Positions 40,879 to 49,896 of a DNA stretch of 64,000 nucleotides are shown here, piece by piece (the stretch's first letter is position 1; every line of letters begins with the position of its first letter). The stretch is from an uncultured Actinomycetes bacterium (lineage in GTDB: Bacteria; Actinomycetota; Thermoleophilia; RBG-16-64-13). The translations under genes and the position numbers were made by a program. The notes under the pieces were generated by a model that saw only the letters and a list, made by a program, of their open reading frames with translations, had not been told where the DNA came from and searched no databases. The stretch lies in contig CAWJDT010000001.1 of the NCBI GenBank assembly GCA_963841735.1, positions 736,001 to 800,000 of the forward strand, read 5' to 3'.

Positions 40879-41943
40879 ATGGGACCATCTCGATCCACAT
40901 CACGAAAGCCGGTTACCGCCCCCGCTGCTGAGACTCTCTTCTGGGAGCCGGCTGGGGACGGCAAGATTCGCTGTACTTTGTGCCCGCATTTGTGCCTTGT
41001 GGGGGAGAACGCGGAGGGGCTCTGCAAAGCTCGGGGAGTGCGAGGCGGCCGCATGGCCAGTCTCACCTATGCCCGCCCGGCCACCATAGTCAGCGACGAG
41101 ATCGAGAAGAAACCTCTGTTTCACTTCCACCCGGGCACGAGGGCCCTGTCGTTGGGCGGCCTGGGCTGCAACGTGCTCTGCGCGGGCTGCCAGAATTGGC
41201 AGATCTCGCACGCGAGCGCCCGCACGGAGACCACCAGGCTGCCGGTTTTGACCCCTGCGGATGCCGTGGCTATGGCTCGCAGGCACAAGCTGGCCGGTGT
41301 CGCCTTTACCTACAACGACCCGGTGGTATGGATCGAATACGTGCACGATGTCTCGGCCGCGTTCAAAGAAGCGGGTCTCTACACGGCCTTCATCACCGCG
41401 GCCTATTTGACCGAGGCCGCTCTCGACTACGTGGCCCCGGTGACCGATGCGTTCAAGTTTGATTTGAAAGCCGCTTCGGCTGAGGCTTGGGCTCGACTGA
41501 CCAAGGTGAAGGACCCCGAGCCGGCCCTTCAGATGGCGGCGCGGGCCAAGATGGTGCACGGGTGTCACATCGAGGTAGTGAGCAACGTGGTGCCGGAACT
41601 CAACGACACCGACGACGAGTTGAGCGCGATGGCCGGCTGGGTGCGCGACAACCTGGGCCCAGGGACTCCCTGGCATGTGACTCGCTTCCTGCCGGACTTC
41701 GAACTCTCCTATCTGCCCTCCACTCCCGTGGCCACTTTAGAGAGGGGTGTGCGGCTGGGCAAAGCGGCTGGGCTACGGTACGTCTATGTGGGCAACGTCC
41801 CGGGCCATGCCTTCCGTAACACCGTCTGTCCGTCCTGCGCCCGGACCGTGATCACAAGGGAGGGGGTCAAGGTCGATCTATGGGGGCTCAGAGACAGTCT
41901 GTGCTCCGCTTGCGGAGAGGACCTCGGGTTGGTGGGGGCGTGA
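40879..41943 (+). CDS. amrS: AmmeMemoRadiSam system radical SAM enzyme
   Basis: CTLCPHLC, IEKKPLFHFHPG, GCNVLCAGCQNWQIS, YVYVGNVPG, CPSC. Confidence 0.88.
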   Translation: MGPSRSTSRKPVTAPAAETLFWEPAGDGKIRCTLCPHLCLVGENAEGLCKARGVRGGRMASLTYARPATIVSDEIEKKPLFHFHPGTRALSLGGLGCNVLCAGCQNWQISHASARTETTRLPVLTPADAVAMARRHKLAGVAFTYNDPVVWIEYVHDVSAAFKEAGLYTAFITAAYLTEAALDYVAPVTDAFKFDLKAASAEAWARLTKVKDPEPALQMAARAKMVHGCHIEVVSNVVPELNDTDDELSAMAGWVRDNLGPGTPWHVTRFLPDFELSYLPSTPVATLERGVRLGKAAGLRYVYVGNVPGHAFRNTVCPSCARTVITREGVKVDLWGLRDSLCSACGEDLGLVGA

Positions 41944-42033
41944 TGATGCTGTGCGCCGGTCGCCGCTGTTTAGACCGTTTTGGCCTCGGGTAGCTCTAGA
42001 AATGACCAGGAACGGAGTATTCTAGCCGTGTCT

Positions 42034-42528
42034 ATGGACGAGGCAGCCGGACAAATGTGGGCGGACATGGGGAGCGGGCGGCAGCTCATCTCCCTGGTCA
42101 TACCGTGCAAAGCCGAGTTCATAGGGCTTTGTCGTCTGGTGGCGGGAGTGCTTGGCGGACGCGAGTCGTTGAGCGAGGAAGAGATCGCTGACCTCAAAGT
42201 GGTGGTTACCGAGGCCTGCACCTGCTTTATCTGGGGCCCGGACGGCCCCCCATTGACCGATGAAGAGGCCGCGCCGGCAGACCCGCCTTCTAGGCTGCGC
42301 ATAGACCTCGACGTTCTCCCTGGATCCTGGGAGGTCACCATCTCCGATCCCGAAGGCAGCTACCATCTTCGTCCCGCGGCTCGCTGCGATCAAGAGGGCG
42401 GAGGGGGGCTGGGGATGACCATCATGAAGGCGCTGGTGGATTCCATAGAGCGCACCGACAATGAAGGCGAGGGCAGTGTCATCCGGTTGGAAAAGCGCCT
42501 GTCGGTCGCCCGCGGCGGCGTTGATTGA
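42034..42528 (+). CDS. RsbW-like anti-sigma factor (HATPase_c), start uncertain
   Basis: IPCKAEFIGLCRLV, IADLKVVVTEACT, GGLGMTIMKALVD. Confidence 0.75.
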   Translation: MDEAAGQMWADMGSGRQLISLVIPCKAEFIGLCRLVAGVLGGRESLSEEEIADLKVVVTEACTCFIWGPDGPPLTDEEAAPADPPSRLRIDLDVLPGSWEVTISDPEGSYHLRPAARCDQEGGGGLGMTIMKALVDSIERTDNEGEGSVIRLEKRLSVARGGVD

Positions 42529-42615
42529 CGGCCGAGTTCGCCCTGCTCGGGTGGTGGTGACTCCCCCCATGCGGCAGACCGGAGGGCCAGGGGCTCCGTG
42601 CTACACTGAGGTGCC

Positions 42616-44817
42616 ATGAGGCGCGCCGATCCCCTATGCCGATCACTCCCGGTGGTGGCGCTTGTTCTGGTAGCGGCGGCCGGTTTGTCGGTTGCGCTCT
42701 TGCTGCTTCTTACCGGTCCGGCTTCGCCCGCCTTGGCGGCAGCGAAGCCTGTCTCCGTCAGCGTGGACCACACCCTCAGCCTCGTCGGGCAACCCCTCAC
42801 GGTCAATGCGTCCGGTCAGTTGCCCCACTCGCTCCTTGGGGCGGAGCTGTCGATCAAGATAAGCGGGCCGGTCGCCCTGGCCAGCATCGGGCAGGCGGAT
42901 GTGGAGGCCCCCGAGGTCGCGGTTATCAGTCACATCCTCGGGGCAGTGGGTGTGCCCATGACGAGCACCAGCACCCAGACTACCGCCACCGAGACCACGA
43001 TCGCATCGACCACAACTACTACTACAGCATCAGCCCTCCTTCACCAGGGCACAGTGGCCGACTTGGAAGCCGGAACGCTCGAGGCGACGGTGACGATTCC
43101 CGCGCGTACTCCGACGGAGGCCGGCGCGTATCTGCTCCAGGTGCAGGTGACGGTGGACGGAGAGGTGCTGGCCGTCGGCGAGACGTGGGTGGGGAAGGTG
43201 GCAGACAGAGAAGTGCCTCTCGACGTGGCCTTTGTGCTGCCGGTGTCTCTGGGCGTCCACCGGGATACGGAAGGAGCCTTCTTCGACCAAGCTCTGGAAG
43301 AGGCGGTGGCGTCGACCGGCTCCGGCGGCGGACTGGGCGGGTTGTTCAGTACCTTCGAGCGTTTCCCTCGATGGGATTTCACCTTGGCTGTCGAGCCGAT
43401 TCTTCTTACCCAACTGCGGGACATGGCCGACGGGTATTCCGGAGTCGACTCCTCGGGTGCCCGGGTGCAGGTAGGGGGAGATGATCCCAGGGCTATGGAG
43501 GCTGACGCCGCTCTGGCGGTCATCAAGGGACTGGCCGGTCAGGAGCGCACGCAGATCGTCGTCAGCCCTTATGCCGGCGCCGACCTCGGCATGATCGCCG
43601 CCGAAGGCTGGCGGGACGGACTCTTGCAGATCCAGATGGGCAAGCAGGAGCTCCAGCAGACCTTGGGCCTGGGCGACCCCTTGATCGGCGCGTACTCGCC
43701 CGATCTCGCCCTCACCAGTGATGCCTTGGCCTACTACGCCGGGGCGTCGATCGACCACGTGGTGGTGAGCGACAGGCTGATCGACTCGATGGCCGAGCCC
43801 ATAGGGGCCGGCGCCGTGACCGCCAGGGCGAGTGATCTCGATAACGACAGGGTGACGCTGGTCTTCGCCAGCGCTGCTATGAGCAAGGTCATGACGGCGC
43901 CCTGGGATGCGACCTTGTTCGGCCCGTCACTCGCGGCTGAGCTTGCCGCCACCCCCCGGGACGCCATAGTGCTTGTGCCGGGCAGCGCCTTCACGGTACC
44001 GCCCGCGTCCTATCTGGAGAGTGTGGGCGAGGTCTTGATGGACGCGGACTGGATAAGAACGCAGACTCTGGCGGATCTCATCCGGGCGCACTCACCTGGC
44101 ACCCGCCCTGTGTTGTTGCAGACAGGCTTCGCCGAGTCCATGGGATATATAGAAGAGACTATGCTGGCCGACCTGAGGGCGGCTCACGCGGCGGTGACCG
44201 ATCTGGCCGCTTCGTCAGACGCCACCCGGGCGCCCGTTGACACGGCCTACAGGCTACTCGCGGTCGCCGAGAGCCGCTGGTGGTGGCGTGAGGACATAAG
44301 CCCGTGGGAAGCGAGTATCGGCTTGGACTACGTGGCGCGGGCTCTGGCAGTGGCCCGGGGCGAGCTCGAGCTGGTGCGTTTCTTGGGAGTCGGCTCGACC
44401 TTCATCACCGGGAACGAAGGAGTGCTGGAGATCAAGGCGCAAAACGCCGCCGCCTATCCCCTGACTGTCGAGTTACGGTTGACTGGAGAAGGGGTGACTT
44501 TCCCCGACGGGGAGAGCATCAGGGTGGAGCTACAGCTCGGAGAGACCGAACTGGCTGTCAACGTAGTCCGCGGCGGTGGCGGAACTCACGATCTCAAGGC
44601 CCAACTCGTCGCCGGCAGCGGTGTGCTCGATGAACTCAGCGTGTCGCTGCGCTTCTTCAGCCTCATGAGCATGCTGCCCTGGGTCATCGCCGCCGCGGTG
44701 GTCGTAGCAGCCGGGGTGCTCCTAGTGGTGCGACTTGTACTACGCAAACGCCGCCGAGCCAAGGCGCCGCGATCCACGCCACCGCCCGTTGCCGGGAAAC
44801 CGCCGGTCGCCGGCTAG
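42616..44817 (+). CDS. Large exported protein with C-terminal TM anchor (DUF6049-like)
   Basis: Signal peptide, Thr-rich linker, TLAVEPILL, PYAGADL, C-terminal TM and basic tail. Confidence 0.6.
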   Translation: MRRADPLCRSLPVVALVLVAAAGLSVALLLLLTGPASPALAAAKPVSVSVDHTLSLVGQPLTVNASGQLPHSLLGAELSIKISGPVALASIGQADVEAPEVAVISHILGAVGVPMTSTSTQTTATETTIASTTTTTTASALLHQGTVADLEAGTLEATVTIPARTPTEAGAYLLQVQVTVDGEVLAVGETWVGKVADREVPLDVAFVLPVSLGVHRDTEGAFFDQALEEAVASTGSGGGLGGLFSTFERFPRWDFTLAVEPILLTQLRDMADGYSGVDSSGARVQVGGDDPRAMEADAALAVIKGLAGQERTQIVVSPYAGADLGMIAAEGWRDGLLQIQMGKQELQQTLGLGDPLIGAYSPDLALTSDALAYYAGASIDHVVVSDRLIDSMAEPIGAGAVTARASDLDNDRVTLVFASAAMSKVMTAPWDATLFGPSLAAELAATPRDAIVLVPGSAFTVPPASYLESVGEVLMDADWIRTQTLADLIRAHSPGTRPVLLQTGFAESMGYIEETMLADLRAAHAAVTDLAASSDATRAPVDTAYRLLAVAESRWWWREDISPWEASIGLDYVARALAVARGELELVRFLGVGSTFITGNEGVLEIKAQNAAAYPLTVELRLTGEGVTFPDGESIRVELQLGETELAVNVVRGGGGTHDLKAQLVAGSGVLDELSVSLRFFSLMSMLPWVIAAAVVVAAGVLLVVRLVLRKRRRAKAPRSTPPPVAGKPPVAG

Positions 44818-44850
44818 GGTCCGTAAGCGCGCTGGTGCGCCAGGAGGCTG

Positions 44851-46152
44851 CTAGGCGCCTGCTTTGACTTGGCGCTCGGCCATCGGCACATACTCGCGCT
44901 CGCGCTCGCCCACATAGACCTGCCGCGGCCTGTAAAGGGCGGTATCGCCGTCGTGCACCTCTTTCCAATTTGCGATCCAGCCCGGCATCCGGCCCATGGC
45001 GAACATGACCGTGAACATGTTCACGGGGATGCCCATGGCCCGCAAGATGACGCCGGAGTAGAAGTCCACATTGGGATATAGGCGTCGCTCGACAAAGTAA
45101 GGGTCGCTCAAGGCCACGTCTTCCAGGCGTTTGGCGATCTCGAGCAGGGGGTCGACGCCCTTGAGCTTGCTCAACAGCTTGTCTGCCCGGTCTTTCATGA
45201 TGCTCGCCCGAGGGTCGTAGTTCTTGTAGATGCGGTGGCCGAACCCCATTAGGCGCAGAGGAGAGCTCTTGTCCTTGACCTGGGCGATGTAGTCGCTCAA
45301 GTCGATATTTTCGTCGTGCAGGGTCTGCAGCATCTCCACCACTGCGGCGTTGGCTCCGCCGTGCAGGGGTCCCCACAGCGCGCAGACTCCGGCGGCGCAA
45401 CTGGCGAACATGCTGGCCCCCGAAGAAGCCACCATACGCACTGTGCTCGACGAGCAGTTCTGCTCGTGGTCGGCGTGGAGGATGAGGATGAGCTGAAGGG
45501 CCGCGACGGTGTCCGGGTCGGGCTCGTGGTCGGCAAAGGGGAGGGAAAACATCATGTGGAGAAAGTTTGAGCAGTAGTCCAAGTGCGGCTTCGGATACAC
45601 GATAGGCTGCCCGATGGAGGCCTTGTAGCTGGCACCGGCTATGGTGCGGATCTTGCTGATGAGCCGGGCGGCGGCCACCTGGAAGGTAGCAGGGTTCTCC
45701 ATCTCTATCATGTCGGGCTGGTAGCAACTCATGGCGTTGATCATCGCCGACAAGATGGCCATCGGGTGGCCGGTGGAGGGGAAGCCATCGAAGTGGTGAT
45801 AAAGACCCTCGTGGATCATCTCGTGCTTGGTGAATAGCTCGCTCCAGCCCTTGAGTTGGTCGCGGGTGGGAAGCTCCCCGTAGATGAGCAGCCAGCATGT
45901 CTCCAGGAATGTGCTCTGGGCGGCCAGCTGCTCGATGGGGATGCCGCGATAGCGGAGTACTCCGTTCTCGCCGTCCACGAAGGTTATGGCCGAGCGGCAC
46001 GAACCGGTGTTGACGTAGCCTTCGTCGAGGGTGATGTAGCCGGTGGTGTCCCTGAGGCGCGATATGTCCAGCGCGCGATCGCCCTCGGTGCCCACTGTCA
46101 CAGGGAATTCGTGAGTCTCGTGCTCGATGATGAGTTTGGCGGTTTCTGCCAT
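44851..46152 (-). CDS. gltA: Citrate synthase
   Basis: LHADHEQNCS, GPLHGGAN, MGFGHRIYKNYDPR, YPNVDFYSG. Confidence 0.96.
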   Translation of the reverse strand: MAETAKLIIEHETHEFPVTVGTEGDRALDISRLRDTTGYITLDEGYVNTGSCRSAITFVDGENGVLRYRGIPIEQLAAQSTFLETCWLLIYGELPTRDQLKGWSELFTKHEMIHEGLYHHFDGFPSTGHPMAILSAMINAMSCYQPDMIEMENPATFQVAAARLISKIRTIAGASYKASIGQPIVYPKPHLDYCSNFLHMMFSLPFADHEPDPDTVAALQLILILHADHEQNCSSSTVRMVASSGASMFASCAAGVCALWGPLHGGANAAVVEMLQTLHDENIDLSDYIAQVKDKSSPLRLMGFGHRIYKNYDPRASIMKDRADKLLSKLKGVDPLLEIAKRLEDVALSDPYFVERRLYPNVDFYSGVILRAMGIPVNMFTVMFAMGRMPGWIANWKEVHDGDTALYRPRQVYVGEREREYVPMAERQVKAGA

Positions 46153-46350
46153 GGTCGCTGCCCTTCCCACTTCTGCCGCAGTTCTCGGTTACCGGAGGAC
46201 ACATCGGCGCACACAAGCGCCCGGCAACGATGGCCTCTTACATAGTGTACCCGGGGATACCTTGCCTGGCCATCCCGCGTCGCGGAGCCATCGGATGCTA
46301 AACTGCCCAAAGCAATGGAGCAATGGCACAGTCATTTACTTAGAGAACGA

Positions 46351-47493
46351 GTGGATCAGAGCAGTCTGCTGATCCAAGGCAACCGTGCCTGCGCCTTGGG
46401 GGCGCTTGATGCCGGGGTACGGTTCTTCGCCGGATATCCCATCTCGCCCAGCTCTGAGATCATGGAAGCCATGGCCGACGAGTTGCCCAAGTCGGGCGGG
46501 GTCTTCGTCCAAATGGAGGACGAGATCGGCTCGATTTGCGCCTGCATCGGCGCGTCGTTGACTGGCGAACTGGCCATGACGGCCACCTCGGGCCCCGGGT
46601 TCTCCCTTATGCAGGAAGCAATCGGCTACGCGATCATGGTCGAGGCTCCCCTGGTCATAGTGAACGTCATGCGCGTGGGGCCCTCCACGGGCCGTCCCAC
46701 CGCTCCCTCGCAGGGCGACGTGATGCAGGCCCGCTGGGGCACTCACGGCGATCATCCCGCAATCGTGCTGGCAGCCTCGAACGTGGCCGACATGTACCGC
46801 CTGACTATGGCGGCCGTGCGCTTTGCCCAGCGCTTCCGTACTCCGGTGACCTTGCTGGCCGACCAGATGGTGGGCCAGATGCGCGAGAGCTTCTCCCCCG
46901 AACTTGTGGGGCGGTACCGCCTCACCAGCGGCGACTTCGACTTCACGCCCGGTTACGTTCACCCTGACTTGGCGCGCGAGGTCCATCGTCCCCACGTGCT
47001 GGGCTCGGGCAGCCACCCCCACGTCACCGGGCTCTTCCACGACGAAACCGGGTTCCCCACTAACGACCCCGAGAAGAGCGACGAGTTTCTGCGTGAGCTG
47101 TACAACAAGGTGGTTCACCACCGCGAGGAGCTGTGCCTGTACGACGTCAAGAACGAAGGCAGGGGCCGAGTCTGCATCGTGGCCTACGGTTCTTGCGCCC
47201 GCACCGCCAGGGCTGCTTGGAGGTTGGCCGACCAAGAAGGGCTTCCGGTGGAGGTGCTCCATCTGTACACGCTGTTCCCGCTGCCGGTGGAGATCATCCA
47301 GAAGGTGGCCAGGCGTGTGGAGTTCATGCTGATCCCGGAGCTCAACCTGGGGCAGTACGCACACGAGGTGCGCAACATGGCTGATCAGTGGACCACTGTC
47401 GTGGGTATGGGCAAGACCGACGGTGCCCTCTTTACCCCGCGCGAGATCCTGGATCGGATATCCGAACTCATCGGAAAGTACGAGAGCGTGTAG
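46351..47493 (+). CDS. korA: 2-oxoacid:ferredoxin oxidoreductase alpha
   Basis: AGYPISPSSE, QMEDEI, TATSGPGFSLMQE, GPSTG.PT. Confidence 0.88.
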   Translation: MDQSSLLIQGNRACALGALDAGVRFFAGYPISPSSEIMEAMADELPKSGGVFVQMEDEIGSICACIGASLTGELAMTATSGPGFSLMQEAIGYAIMVEAPLVIVNVMRVGPSTGRPTAPSQGDVMQARWGTHGDHPAIVLAASNVADMYRLTMAAVRFAQRFRTPVTLLADQMVGQMRESFSPELVGRYRLTSGDFDFTPGYVHPDLAREVHRPHVLGSGSHPHVTGLFHDETGFPTNDPEKSDEFLRELYNKVVHHREELCLYDVKNEGRGRVCIVAYGSCARTARAAWRLADQEGLPVEVLHLYTLFPLPVEIIQKVARRVEFMLIPELNLGQYAHEVRNMADQWTTVVGMGKTDGALFTPREILDRISELIGKYESV

Positions 47494-47494
47494 C

Positions 47495-48343
47495 GTGCCT
47501 CTGCAAATCGAAAGATTCTTGCATACCGAGCGGCTGCCTCACATCTGGTGTCCGGGCTGCGGCATTGGCATGGTCACCGGGGCCTTTTTGCGGGTCATGA
47601 TCGACTTGGGCCTCAAACGCGAGAACACCGTGGTGGTCAGCGGCATCGGGTGCTCCAGCCGGGCCGTCAACTACATGGACGTAGGCACGGTCCACTCCAT
47701 CCATGGGCGGGCGCTGCCCGTCGCTACCGGCGTCAAGATGGCCCGGCCGAACTTCTCGGTGGTGGTGTTCATGGGTGACGGGGACGGCGCTGCCATCGGC
47801 GGCAACCACTTGATCCACGCCTGCAGGCGGAACATCGACCTCACCTGCATCCTCTTCAATAACACTACCTACGGCATGACCGGGGGTCAGACCTCGCCCA
47901 CCATGGCGGTGGGCAGCCGGTCGACCACCGCTCGCAACGGCCAGGTGGAGCCGCCCTTCGATCTCTGCCGGTTGGCCGAGGCGGCTGGGGCCAGCTTCGT
48001 GGCCCGGGGCACGGCCGGGCACATCCGCGGCCTCGAGAAGCTCATCAAGAAGGGCGTCGAGCACAAAGGCTTCTCCTTTATCGAGGCCGTGATCCCCTGT
48101 CCCACCGAGTACGGGCGGCGCAACGGCCAGGGGAACGTGCTGGACATGCTCGACGAAGAGAGGGCCCGCTCTATCTCCAAGGCCAAAGCCGCCGGACTGT
48201 CACCAGCAGAGCTTGTCGGGAAGATCGTGACAGGCGTCATCCATGAGGATCCGGAGGCGCCGGAGTTTCAGCAAGTCCACTCCGCCGCTGCCCGTGCTCA
48301 CGCTGAAGAGGCGGCCCGCGTCTTTGCCGAGGAGAAGCAGTGA
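47495..48343 (+). CDS. korB: 2-oxoacid:ferredoxin oxidoreductase beta
   Basis: WCPGCG, SGIGCS, HGRALP, GDGD...NN..YGMTGGQ. Confidence 0.88.
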   Translation: MPLQIERFLHTERLPHIWCPGCGIGMVTGAFLRVMIDLGLKRENTVVVSGIGCSSRAVNYMDVGTVHSIHGRALPVATGVKMARPNFSVVVFMGDGDGAAIGGNHLIHACRRNIDLTCILFNNTTYGMTGGQTSPTMAVGSRSTTARNGQVEPPFDLCRLAEAAGASFVARGTAGHIRGLEKLIKKGVEHKGFSFIEAVIPCPTEYGRRNGQGNVLDMLDEERARSISKAKAAGLSPAELVGKIVTGVIHEDPEAPEFQQVHSAAARAHAEEAARVFAEEKQ

Positions 48344-49008
48344 GCATCACAGCTGGAGCACCCAATGACCAGGCGGGAGCCATCTTGGCGGTTGATACTC
48401 CTGTCGCGCTGCCGGCCCGCAACGGGCTTCTAGCCGACCGCGACTTCATAGAGGTGCGGTTTGGCGGAAGCGGTGGGCAGGGCGTGGTGCTCATGGGCAT
48501 CATCCTCGCCGTGGCGGCCAATCGCGATTGCCGTTGCGTCGTGCAGACAGAGTCCTACGGGCCCGAGGCTCGCGGAGGGCACAGCCGGAGCGACGTCATC
48601 ATCTCTGACAACCCCATCGACTATCCCAAGCTCGATCGGGCCGACCTGTTTGTCGCCTTGTCCCAGGCCGCGGCCGACGGGTACGTCAAGACTCTTCGCA
48701 AGGATGGCATCCTCATCTACGACAGCGAGAGGGTTCTGACTCTGCCCAAGTTCGGTGGAGCGATCTTCGGCGTGCCGTTCACGAGTCTGGCTAAAGAAGA
48801 GACTGGACGGACGCAGACCACCAACGTGCTCACCTTAGGGGCTGTGGTCGGTATCACCGGTGTGGTATCGGTGGAGTCCATACGCAAGGCTGTCTTCGAG
48901 GCGGTCCCCCGCGGCACCACGGAGGTCAACGGCAAGGCCTTGGCCAAGGGGCTGTCGCTCGACCCGGCCGAGTGGCGGGTAGCCGGGCGGTCTGTCACCT
49001 CCTCCTAA
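48340..49008 (+). CDS. korC: 2-oxoacid:ferredoxin oxidoreductase gamma
   Basis: GSGGQG, YGPEARGG. Confidence 0.85.
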   Translation: MSITAGAPNDQAGAILAVDTPVALPARNGLLADRDFIEVRFGGSGGQGVVLMGIILAVAANRDCRCVVQTESYGPEARGGHSRSDVIISDNPIDYPKLDRADLFVALSQAAADGYVKTLRKDGILIYDSERVLTLPKFGGAIFGVPFTSLAKEETGRTQTTNVLTLGAVVGITGVVSVESIRKAVFEAVPRGTTEVNGKALAKGLSLDPAEWRVAGRSVTSS

Positions 49009-49086
49009 CTACCTGGCGGACGGCCTATGTGCTCACGCTGGTCGCGGGCCGGGTCTCGATGCGGCGTAATAGCGAAGGAGTGGAAC

Positions 49087-49869
49087 ATGCTCGTAGCGGG
49101 AATCGACGCGGGCGCCAAGAACGTCCACGCAGTGCTTATCAAAGACGGAGAGGTCGTCGCGCGCGCGGCTGTACCCTCTGGGTTCGACCATGAAGAGTCG
49201 GCCGGCCGGGGGCTGGCGATGGCATGCGCACTGGCGGGCGTGGAACCCTCGGCGGTGACGAGGGTCGCCGCGACGGGATCGGGTCGTAAGGCTCTGCCGT
49301 TCGCCGCCGACCAGCCCACCGAGATCGCAGCCGGTTGCCGGGGCGCCTCCGCTCTTTACCCTGGCGCCCGCACCGTCGTCGACGTAGGGGCCGACGAGGC
49401 CCGGGCTATCCGCCTGGGACCGGCCGGCAACGTGCTCGACTTCGCAATCAACGAGAAGTGTGCAGCCGGAGCGGGCGCCTTCGTGGAGGCCATGAGTCGG
49501 GCCCTGGAGATGGCCCTGGGCGAGTTTGCCGAGGCTTCGCTTGGCTCCACTGAGGTCATCCCCATGAATGCGCAGTGCACGGTGTTCGCCGAGTCGGAAG
49601 TGGTGAGCCTTATCCACGCCAACACTCCCCCGGCCGATATTGCCCGCGCAGTTCATGACGCCATGGCCAGCCGGGTTTCGACCATGGTGCGGCGCGTCGG
49701 GGTGGAAGACCCGGTGGTGCTTGGAGGAGGCGCTGCGCTCAACGTGGGGTTCGTCAAGGCTTTGTCTGAGGCGTTGGGTGGGACGGAGATCCACGTCCTT
49801 GCCGACGCGGAGTATCTGGGGGCCCATGGCGCGGCCCTGATCGCCTGGGTGGCGGCACAGGAGGGGTAG
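49087..49869 (+). CDS. ASKHA CoA-substrate activase, benzoyl-CoA reductase BzdP-like
   Basis: AGIDAGAK, ATGSGR, VVDVGADE, NEKCAAGAG, AQCTVFAESE. Confidence 0.8.
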   Translation: MLVAGIDAGAKNVHAVLIKDGEVVARAAVPSGFDHEESAGRGLAMACALAGVEPSAVTRVAATGSGRKALPFAADQPTEIAAGCRGASALYPGARTVVDVGADEARAIRLGPAGNVLDFAINEKCAAGAGAFVEAMSRALEMALGEFAEASLGSTEVIPMNAQCTVFAESEVVSLIHANTPPADIARAVHDAMASRVSTMVRRVGVEDPVVLGGGAALNVGFVKALSEALGGTEIHVLADAEYLGAHGAALIAWVAAQEG

Positions 49870-49896
49870 CGGCGGGCCACGGGCTCGTGGCGCGTG

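Noticed and set aside
41941-41970. TGA TGA followed by GGTC after amrS as another Sec site
   Set aside because: No stable stem around GGTC, and the protein is already complete
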